A stretch of DNA of 57,785 nucleotides from positions 1 through 57,785 of IMG/VR virus record IMGVR_UViG_3300037339_000276, one strand, 5' to 3'. Positions within the stretch are counted from its first letter, which is position 1. Every line of letters starts with the position of its first letter. This document shows, in pieces, positions 1-7,258 of this stretch. This stretch comes from a virus (Duplodnaviria > Caudoviricetes). The position numbers and the translations under genes were made by a program. The notes beneath the pieces were generated by a model. The model ran no database searches, was not told the DNA's origin, and saw only the letters and a program-made list of their open reading frames with translations.

Positions 1-170
1 TTCTGTATCTGTTAGATTTGGGTTTCATTTCATCTCTATCAATGGAGTTCTTAGAATCACCCATAATGAAACTGTTCAAAGTGTTAATCCCGGATATATT
101 GGAATAAGGTACTACAGAGCTACTAAAACCGGAGACTTCGGTGCCGATAACTTTGTTATGCTTTCATGGG
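1..170 (+). repeat. Terminal direct repeat / assembly overlap, copy 1 (matches 57616-57785)
   Basis: Direct comparison: identical except positions 127, 154, 155, 156. Confidence 0.95.
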
Positions 171-808
171 AAACTCCATATACTTCTGATGATTTAGTAG
201 CTACTGCTTTAGCTATGGGAGATATGCACAACGTTAGTATAGATGCCGGAGACCAACCACAGGTGGCTGTGGTATGGGGTCCGCAAACTGATCTGAACAC
301 TCCAGCAGCTGCTATCTCTAAGCTCTTCTCTCAGTTAAAGCTTGACATGGTAAGAAGAAATGGAATTCTAACAGTAGGTAAGTTCGAAGACCTTGAAATC
401 ATTAAAACCATTCAGAATGAGTCTCTAGACTTTAAAGTTACTGAAGAAACTGGTGAAAGAATTAATCTAGCAATAGTAGATGGACGGGAAGATACTTATA
501 CAGCAATAGATGGACGTGACTCTAGAACTAGGGGAAGACAAATTGTAGCTTATTTTGATGTTCCAGAGTTAGATACAACAGAGAAAGTTATAGCTAGGGC
601 TAACCAGGAGATTAGGAAAGGCGTAGAGGGTGTTAGCTATGAGGGAACTGCACCTTTATTCATGGACCTGTGGAGATTGGACGCAGTAACTTGGTACGAT
701 CCAACTGGTGTTCCCCATGACCTTAGAATTGATGAGATTAGTATAGAGATTAATCAGAGTGATAAGCCTAATCAGAAAACTAAATACACCTTAAGCCCAC
801 TATCATGA
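2..808 (+). CDS. Large minor tail / tail-tip protein, 3' part
   Basis: Open frame from base 2, in frame with ORF 158-808; tail hub-like C-terminus. Confidence 0.7.
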   Translation, partial: SVSVRFGFHFISINGVLRITHNETVQSVNPGYIGIRYYRATKTGDFGADNFVMLSWETPYTSDDLVATALAMGDMHNVSIDAGDQPQVAVVWGPQTDLNTPAAAISKLFSQLKLDMVRRNGILTVGKFEDLEIIKTIQNESLDFKVTEETGERINLAIVDGREDTYTAIDGRDSRTRGRQIVAYFDVPELDTTEKVIARANQEIRKGVEGVSYEGTAPLFMDLWRLDAVTWYDPTGVPHDLRIDEISIEINQSDKPNQKTKYTLSPLS

Positions 809-1062
809 CTTCAATAAAGAAGTCTATTACTAATCTTGCCGAGGAGGTAAATACTCCTAAGATTAGATTCGGCTATCTAGCAGAAGACTACGACGGGCTT
901 AGTCAGTACGTATTAGTTTCACTCTCGAGGGGATCTTCTTCTGCTGCTTTAGCTAGAGTTTCTATAGGTGGCGGAGCATATAAATTTCCACTAGAAAATG
1001 GAGCTTTAGTCTCTGTAGTTTCTATAAATGGAGTTTTAGAAGTAATCTCATTAGGCGGCTAG
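805..1062 (+). CDS. Small tail-tip protein, paralog of the N-terminus of the next gene
   Basis: ATGA overlap with previous gene; shares LAEDYDGxSQYxLVSLSRGSSSAAxAR with 1066-2706. Confidence 0.7.
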   Translation: MTSIKKSITNLAEEVNTPKIRFGYLAEDYDGLSQYVLVSLSRGSSSAALARVSIGGGAYKFPLENGALVSVVSINGVLEVISLGG

Positions 1063-1065
1063 AAA

Positions 1066-2706
1066 ATGGATTTACTAAAGAAACTAGTAACTCAGCAGAG
1101 AGAAGTCTTTGATGGCTTCTTAGCGGAAGATTATGATGGCAGAAGTCAGTACATCTTAGTTAGTCTTTCACGTGGTAGTTCTAGTGCTGCTCAAGCGAGA
1201 AGTCTAGTCCCACATACTTCTAGTGCAGAAGCTGGTAGTCCAGTAAAACTAAAGTCTCTCAATGGAAAGATTTATATAGTTTCGTTCGGCGGTAGAGTAA
1301 GTAGAATTTGTGATCAATTTGAGAGAATAGCTGATGAAGTTATTATAGATCATGTTAATATAAGTGATGAAGATGACATAGAAGTTTGGGACGGTGACGA
1401 TGTTATCTGGACCGGACAAACTGGTCATGCCGGTGCTAAGTATGGAGTAGATAGTCAAGGAGCTTATATAGGCGGTGTAGTAAATGCTGATGCCAGAATC
1501 TTAGAAGACTCAGTAATCATAGATTTCCCATGCACCTTTTACTTCAGGTATAAATCTAATGTAGCTTATTCTTCATTACCTTACTATATCTTACTATCGA
1601 CAGAAGGGCCTGATAGCTATGGACTTGAGAATCCAGCTTATGCTGGACAACCAGATTTAGACAGCTATGTTGGTTATATAGTTGTACAAGTAGCTCTTAG
1701 GACAGCACAAGTTGACCTCTCAGTAGATACTGCACAAATAGATGGTACTCTTAATGCAACAGCTGTAGCTGCTATAGATCAGGTTGTTAATGAATGGAGA
1801 TGGATAGCAGTAGACTACAATCCTGGTGTAAGTGTTGAAGTTAGAACTTGGAAAGATACAGAAGTTGAACCAGATACTGCTATAATCTCACTTGATTCTT
1901 CTGAAGATAACGCTTATATTCCATTAAGCTTAACTAGAATATGGCTTTCACAGCAAACGGCAGTCTTTGGAATTGGTAATGCTAATAACAAAGTATGGTT
2001 CAGTAGATTTTGTATAGATGATGATATATCACCAGTAATAGCTTCAGAGATTGTGCAGAGCAAACTAGGTGCCTGGGGCAGTTCTGGAATTGCTCAAACT
2101 ACATCATTTGATTTACAGCCCACTGCTGGTAATACTCTTCTAGCTTTCATGTTCTGTCATGATGAAGCACAGACCGGTAATCCCATAATAGATAGTGCTG
2201 GATGGTCTCAGCTAATAAATGTACAAGATGGAGAAGCAGGCAATAAAACTGGTAAGATAAGAATATGGAGTAAAGTTGCTGGACCATCAGAAACAAAAGA
2301 TGTTCACATGCCAGCTTATGGGGGTGGACATCTTCATATTCTTCACTTGTTTGAAGTCACTGGAGTTGTAACTTCTGTTGGTAGTAATAAAGATGAGATA
2401 ATTCCTAATAGTGGTACTATCATAGGACCAACACTATCACCATTAGGCACGGAAACCTATGGACTAATGCTTCATGGTTCTATGGGTTCTACCGGTGATG
2501 TAGATGGTCCAGTCACTCTAGTACCAGTATCTCCATCTATACAAGATTATTACATCAGACACCCAACACACAGACCAGTCACCTTGACAGCACATCTTAA
2601 TATAGATCTACCAGACACCTCGTACACGCCACAAGCTACATACACTGGTTTCTACAATGGTGGCTATGCTTGGCTTGCAGCTGCAGTAATTATAGAGCCT
2701 GGCTGA
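1066..2706 (+). CDS. Putative tail fibre / receptor-binding protein
   Basis: 546 aa, beta-rich, last tail gene before the lysis genes. Confidence 0.6.
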   Translation: MDLLKKLVTQQREVFDGFLAEDYDGRSQYILVSLSRGSSSAAQARSLVPHTSSAEAGSPVKLKSLNGKIYIVSFGGRVSRICDQFERIADEVIIDHVNISDEDDIEVWDGDDVIWTGQTGHAGAKYGVDSQGAYIGGVVNADARILEDSVIIDFPCTFYFRYKSNVAYSSLPYYILLSTEGPDSYGLENPAYAGQPDLDSYVGYIVVQVALRTAQVDLSVDTAQIDGTLNATAVAAIDQVVNEWRWIAVDYNPGVSVEVRTWKDTEVEPDTAIISLDSSEDNAYIPLSLTRIWLSQQTAVFGIGNANNKVWFSRFCIDDDISPVIASEIVQSKLGAWGSSGIAQTTSFDLQPTAGNTLLAFMFCHDEAQTGNPIIDSAGWSQLINVQDGEAGNKTGKIRIWSKVAGPSETKDVHMPAYGGGHLHILHLFEVTGVVTSVGSNKDEIIPNSGTIIGPTLSPLGTETYGLMLHGSMGSTGDVDGPVTLVPVSPSIQDYYIRHPTHRPVTLTAHLNIDLPDTSYTPQATYTGFYNGGYAWLAAAVIIEPG

Positions 2707-2716
2707 TAGGAGGCAG

Positions 2717-3649
2717 ATGACATACAATCCAATAACATTAAAAGATCTAGGATCATACTGGGTATCTCAAGGCGGAGTTAATCTGGGAGTTGTCGGCAAT
2801 AAAGCTCATACTAAAGGCTATCATTTAGGTAAAGATCGCATCTATGACGGTAGTGGTCCAGGAATTGGGTCTGATGATTACTCAGTCCAGCTTGCTCGTG
2901 ACAAAGCTGGACTAACTAATGCTGCTAGTGCTATAGATCTAGGAAGGCTAGACGGATCGCTTACTGATCTAAGAAAGTTCAGTAAGTGGTTAGTAGCTAG
3001 ATGCATGGCCGACATTAAAGTTCGTCATGAGTTCAGAGAAATAATTTACTCACCAGATGGAACTATCGTCCAGAGATACTCCTCTGTGGACAATAAGATC
3101 CATACTGGTCCTGGAAATGGTGACGATTCACATAAGACTCATAGCCATTGTTCATTCATACGAGACACAGAGCTTAGAAATAAGATTTGGTTAATCTCAC
3201 CATATTTTGCGGCACCGATACCAGCACCGGGAGGCAACATGAGCCAGTTCATTACTTACACTACACCCAAGATTGCGGTAGTACCAGCTGGTACATGGAT
3301 TTATGATAATGCAGCATGTGCTCCAGCAGCTGGTAACATTCAAGTTAATCCAGGTAGAAACATGCCTGTAGCTGGTAAGGAAGCTAACGGGACCCACATC
3401 TTAGGTTACGTGGATACCACGCCCACAGAGACTGAAGTCAAAACCTACTGGGCTAAGGCTGGGACAGTGACTCTGAAAGATGCTACTTCTCCAGCACCAC
3501 CAGATACCACTCCGTATGATCAAGCTGATGTCGATGAGGCCGATGCCAAGGGTTATCAGAGAGGCTTGGCGGAGGGGCATACTGACGGCGAGGTTGATGA
3601 GAAGAATAGAATAGCTGAATCAGAAAAAGAACGTATCTTAGCAATCTGA
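2717..3649 (+). CDS. Endolysin (putative Zn peptidase domain, Pro-rich linker, C-terminal domain)
   Basis: SD aggagg; GYH...AIDL...SHKTHSH metal-binding pattern; sits before a holin-like gene. Confidence 0.65.
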   Translation: MTYNPITLKDLGSYWVSQGGVNLGVVGNKAHTKGYHLGKDRIYDGSGPGIGSDDYSVQLARDKAGLTNAASAIDLGRLDGSLTDLRKFSKWLVARCMADIKVRHEFREIIYSPDGTIVQRYSSVDNKIHTGPGNGDDSHKTHSHCSFIRDTELRNKIWLISPYFAAPIPAPGGNMSQFITYTTPKIAVVPAGTWIYDNAACAPAAGNIQVNPGRNMPVAGKEANGTHILGYVDTTPTETEVKTYWAKAGTVTLKDATSPAPPDTTPYDQADVDEADAKGYQRGLAEGHTDGEVDEKNRIAESEKERILAI

Positions 3650-3661
3650 GAGGGAGATAAG

Positions 3662-3910
3662 ATGGCAGATCAAGGTACAGTAGTTGGTGTCCTAACTGAC
3701 GGAACTGGAGTTAGTTCTTTCACTGTCACCAAGTTCGTCAAGGACTTTATTGCAGATGTTCTATTATCTGGTGCAGCTGCACTAGTAGCCGTTCAGGTAG
3801 TAGATGTGGGTTCAGCCATAGCACAGCCACAGGTAGCTGCCTTTGCTCTCTTAGGAGCTGTCATCAGGGCAGGATACCGGGCCGTTCTACGGTGGGCCAC
3901 GACCGATTAA
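3662..3910 (+). CDS. Putative holin
   Basis: 82 aa, two hydrophobic segments, basic C-terminus, follows endolysin. Confidence 0.6.
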   Translation: MADQGTVVGVLTDGTGVSSFTVTKFVKDFIADVLLSGAAALVAVQVVDVGSAIAQPQVAAFALLGAVIRAGYRAVLRWATTD

Positions 3911-3942
3911 ATGATCTAGACACCGTATCTAGTCGATATCTG

Positions 3943-3971
3943 ATGGACAATAGGCATCTTGTCCATTCTTT
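3943..3971 (+). terminator. Probable intrinsic terminator at the end of the late operon
   Basis: atggacaa/ttgtccat stem followed by tcttt, between convergent operons. Confidence 0.5.
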
Positions 3972-4049
3972 GACATATGACTGACCGGTGTGAATAATGA
4001 GAGATTCAGCTAGGAATCTCTAATGATGGTGGACAAGCCTGCGGCCTCC

Positions 4050-4355
4050 TCAGAGCTTGTCTATCCGGTCGAGTTCGTCTAGTACGGGCTCTACTGAGTG
4101 GATCCGGAGAGCGACGCCGCCCGCTTTCCGGATCCTACCCAACTGGAACTCCTGTATAGGAGTTGCCTCATACTCCTCGCCGCGCTTGACTTCGAATGCA
4201 AGAAAATGCCCCCGATAGCAAGCGATGATATCAGGAAGCCCGAGCGCCATGAAAGGCGACCCGTGTAACTTGATGGCGAAGCCCCCTCTTGATCTGATTG
4301 TCATCAGCACTTTGTTGACGACTTTCTTCTCGAGAGGGGGCTTTGGAGTGTTCAT
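4050..4355 (-). CDS. VRR-NUC / PD-(D/E)xK nuclease (resolvase-like)
   Basis: GLPDIIAC...AFEVK...ATPIQ motifs. Confidence 0.85.
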   Translation of the reverse strand: MNTPKPPLEKKVVNKVLMTIRSRGGFAIKLHGSPFMALGLPDIIACYRGHFLAFEVKRGEEYEATPIQEFQLGRIRKAGGVALRIHSVEPVLDELDRIDKL

Positions 4356-4431
4356 TGGTAGGGGAGCAGGGACTCGAACCCTGAACCGGCTGTGTATAAG
4401 ACAGCTGCTCTAACCATTGAGCTACTCCCCT
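4356..4431 (-). tRNA. trnI: tRNA-Ile, anticodon UAU (reads AUA)
   Basis: Reverse complement folds as AGGGGAG/CTCCCCT acceptor, GCTC/GAGC D arm, GCTGT-CTTATAC-ACAGC anticodon arm, CAGGG-TTCGAGT-CCCTG T arm, encoded ACCA. Confidence 0.93.
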
Positions 4432-4432
4432 A

Positions 4433-4509
4433 TGGTGCCCGGAACGAGATTCGAACTCGTACTGTACTCATTTTAAGTGAGCTTCCTCTGCCTATTGGGA
4501 TACCCGGGC
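4433..4509 (-). tRNA. trnL: tRNA-Leu, anticodon UAA (reads UUA), short variable arm
   Basis: GCCCGGG/TCCGGGC acceptor, GCTCA-CTTAAAA-TGAGT anticodon arm, ACGAG-TTCGAAT-CTCGT T arm, encoded ACCA. Confidence 0.9.
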
Positions 4510-4510
4510 A

Positions 4511-4612
4511 GACCATGGATGCTTCCTTGATTAGTCTCTTTCTGAGCTTATTAGATTGGTAAGAAGATCCCTCTACAAGGATTTCTTCTAGTGGGATCTT
4601 CTCTCCATTCAT
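4511..4612 (-). pseudogene. Probable remnant of an HNH homing endonuclease
   Basis: KIPLEEILVEGSSYQSNKLRKRLIKE resembles the segment preceding the HNH domain in phage tRNA-associated endonucleases; the frame then runs into tRNA-Leu. Confidence 0.45.
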
Positions 4613-5170
4613 TTAGATATCGTCTACGTCAATCTCATCCATATCTTCACCATCGTCAGCTGTCGCCGCTTCTTCTACATCTTCGTCATCGTCGGAAGTA
4701 GTAGACTGAAGCGCCGTCCACTCGGACTTGTTGAAGGTGGCCTTAATCTCAGACTTGATCTTTCCATTGTAAGGCTCGCCGTCTGCTATAGTTGCCCCGA
4801 ACTTGGGCTTTGCCGCAACTATCTTAGCTAAAGGAATGTTTACCTTGCTCTGTGGAACCTTGTCCTCACCAAGCAGATCAACCAGGAATGTCCTCAAGGC
4901 CCAGAGGTTTTCTGGAACAAGGGACGTGTTGTTGTAGATAGTCTTGCCAGAGGTATTCTCACCGGCCACAGACTTGGGTTCAACTACAACGGTCTTCCAT
5001 CTAAGATAGTGGCGAGAAGGGTCGTCTTTCTTAGTTTCTTGCGTTACTCCAACTACCTGCATCAGATAGTCGCCTTCTGGGACTCGATCACCACCGCCAC
5101 CGCGGCGGATTTCTGCGCCTGAGAAATCCAGTGAAAGAGTGGCTGGAGTGTTACTCCGCGGGACTGGCAT
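4613..5170 (-). CDS. Single-stranded DNA-binding protein (DUF669-like)
   Basis: VPEGDYLM motif, LWALRTFL, acidic C-terminal tail; next to Sak4-like ATPase. Confidence 0.7.
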   Translation of the reverse strand: MPVPRSNTPATLSLDFSGAEIRRGGGGDRVPEGDYLMQVVGVTQETKKDDPSRHYLRWKTVVVEPKSVAGENTSGKTIYNNTSLVPENLWALRTFLVDLLGEDKVPQSKVNIPLAKIVAAKPKFGATIADGEPYNGKIKSEIKATFNKSEWTALQSTTSDDDEDVEEAATADDGEDMDEIDVDDI

Positions 5171-5963
5171 TCTTCAATTCTCCATTTATCTTTTCGATGA
5201 ATGAACCAAATGTCGGATTACGTTCGACATATTTTAGTTCATTATAGCGATTACCAGAAACGAACTTGGTATGTGCACCAAGGAGCATCCTTCGTTCCAA
5301 CCGCTTCTTGTCGTTCTCTAACTCAACCTCCTTCACATATATCCTGCCGATGATATCTACAGCTGACAGCAAGGTAGACCGTGGTGATGGCGACAATTCG
5401 GGGTGGATTTCCTGAACCGTTCCACCATCATCATCTTCATTAGTTGTCATCTTCTCTTGTGCAGTGAAGATAACATGCATAGGCAAGTTTCGGAAACGGA
5501 TAATCGTTTCTTTCATTGCCTCTCCTAGTTTACCCCAGCTTCTCCTGTCTGGAGTGAGAACATCAGCAGTCATATCACGATCGGCATTCTCCTTTAGTAC
5601 CCATTTCATGCAGATATTAGCTAGCATAGTAACTGTATCAATGACTACTACTTGGAACTCATGCTTACCACCACGAAGGTACCAATAGATTGGGTCTAGG
5701 TCCTCCCACCGCTGTAACTCATAGATTGTAACGTTAGCTCTATCTCTAACGCTGGCATACCCACGCTCATTACAATCTATAAGTAATGTCTTCAGGTCTG
5801 AATGGCAAGCGAAAACTGTCTTGCCTTGCTTATTCCTTCCGTAAACTACCATCTTTACCTGCGGACGAATTGAAGATGCTGGTTTTAGCTTAGCAATTGC
5901 TTTCTCGATACTACTCTCCCGAGTCGTCCCAGTCATCTTCGTAGCTGTCAGGTCTATCGCCAA
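5151..5963 (-). CDS. AAA_24 / Sak4-like recombination ATPase
   Basis: Walker A YGRNKQGKT, Walker B VVIDT, HVIFTAQE. Confidence 0.85.
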   Translation of the reverse strand: MAIDLTATKMTGTTRESSIEKAIAKLKPASSIRPQVKMVVYGRNKQGKTVFACHSDLKTLLIDCNERGYASVRDRANVTIYELQRWEDLDPIYWYLRGGKHEFQVVVIDTVTMLANICMKWVLKENADRDMTADVLTPDRRSWGKLGEAMKETIIRFRNLPMHVIFTAQEKMTTNEDDDGGTVQEIHPELSPSPRSTLLSAVDIIGRIYVKEVELENDKKRLERRMLLGAHTKFVSGNRYNELKYVERNPTFGSFIEKINGELKNASPAE

Positions 5964-6969
5964 TTGTAGAAGCCTCCTTCAGCGTGTACATCGTGTGCCT
6001 CAAGATATCAGTGTTCATTCCATTAAGTTCTGATCTACAGAGCTCATGATATGAACACATCGTAGCGCACTCCCTAGTAATAGTTCTGCTTCTCCTCTTG
6101 TCTGTTCTGATATGTTTGGTGACGGATAGTGCGTCGAGAAGTATTTCATTGGTAACGTGCTTCTCACGAGGATAGCGATACTGTCTGAGGAAAGGGGATC
6201 TCTTGGACAAGGGCCTAAGGATATGTGCATAGTCTCTGGGATCATACCCCTCTCTTTTAAGAAATCTGTAAAGAGTAGGGTAATCTGTGAGAACTTTTCG
6301 TTTGGATATAGATCCGTCATTATTGATCCTTGGAATACTTGGTGGTTTTGATTTAACGTAGTTATATATGATCCCTGCTATATCCCATTTCCAAGCTTGA
6401 TTTGCAGCCCACGGGTAGAGCATTAGCTGTGGGTCCATTGCATGGAAAGCTGTAGACTCGGGAATATTACCAGCTGTTTTATGATCTATTACCCACCAGT
6501 TACCGTCTTCATCTTCTATTGTTAAGTCTATGATTCCTTTGAGCCATTGAACTTTTCCATCAATAGTCAATGGAGTGGGAACTAAAAACTCCTGCTCAAC
6601 TGCAATAACTCGCCAGTTATCATTCTTGTGATACCAGATGTATGAGAGCATAATGTTCTTAACAATATCTGGTAACGGCAGGCTAACTTGACGACCTCGT
6701 GTCTGTAAAGCAAGCTTCTCTTCATCAAATAACTTGTTCCATTCTTTAGTGAAGACTTCGCTTCCGGCCCTCCAATCACCTTCAGCATAATGGGTTTGCA
6801 GTGCAGCATGGACCCATGATCCTAAGAAAAGTGGCCGTGATTTCTTCTTAGGAACTAGTCTCTGGAGATATTTGTAATCATGTTGCTTGGGGCATCTCTG
6901 AAATGTTTTAATCTCAGACCAAGAAACAGATTCTATTTCATCTTTGGGTTCAACTAGTTGAAGTGTCAC
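5911..6969 (-). CDS. RecB/Cas4-like PD-(D/E)xK exonuclease
   Basis: SWSEIKTFQRCP, GSWVH, GIIDL...VIDHKT, QLMLY, C-terminal Cys cluster. Confidence 0.85.
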   Translation of the reverse strand: MTLQLVEPKDEIESVSWSEIKTFQRCPKQHDYKYLQRLVPKKKSRPLFLGSWVHAALQTHYAEGDWRAGSEVFTKEWNKLFDEEKLALQTRGRQVSLPLPDIVKNIMLSYIWYHKNDNWRVIAVEQEFLVPTPLTIDGKVQWLKGIIDLTIEDEDGNWWVIDHKTAGNIPESTAFHAMDPQLMLYPWAANQAWKWDIAGIIYNYVKSKPPSIPRINNDGSISKRKVLTDYPTLYRFLKREGYDPRDYAHILRPLSKRSPFLRQYRYPREKHVTNEILLDALSVTKHIRTDKRRSRTITRECATMCSYHELCRSELNGMNTDILRHTMYTLKEASTIGDRPDSYEDDWDDSGE

Positions 6970-6987
6970 CGCCGCTCCCTTTATACT

Positions 6988-7016
6988 ATTATATAAGAGC
7001 CAAGATCATTTGTCAA
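6988..7016 (-). promoter_or_regulatory. Sigma70/SigA-type promoter for the recombination and tRNA genes
   Basis: Perfect TTGACA-N17-TATAAT on the minus strand. Confidence 0.85.
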
Positions 7017-7021
7017 TAAAC

Positions 7022-7258
7022 TTAATCTTTAACAGGTAATTCATAGTTCCCGTCATAACTAGGCCACAGATGTACCCAATCTGGGGGATACTTGTACCGC
7101 ATCATCTTCTCAAAAACTACACATCGGTCCATTCTAACACCATATAGTCTAGCAAGAACTGGCGGAGAAATATGATGAAGTTGCCCATCATTTTTACTGA
7201 GTATATTCCCGGGATGTAGAATGTACTTAGGAGGATTGTCTCTCATTTCTCTCCCCAA
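7022..7258 (-). CDS. Hypothetical protein
   Basis: Fills the gap after the polymerase gene, codirectional. Confidence 0.6.
   Translation of the reverse strand: MGREMRDNPPKYILHPGNILSKNDGQLHHISPPVLARLYGVRMDRCVVFEKMMRYKYPPDWVHLWPSYDGNYELPVKD

Noticed and set aside
1-170. Diversity-generating retroelement template/variable repeat pair
   Set aside because: No reverse transcriptase recognised; mismatches are not adenine-specific; both copies are the same locus on the circle
4430-4612. Intact 60-aa protein
   Set aside because: Its C-terminal half is read through tRNA-Leu; more likely an endonuclease remnant
5911-6969. Cas4 as part of a CRISPR system
   Set aside because: Sits with Sak4-like ATPase and SSB in a standard phage recombination module
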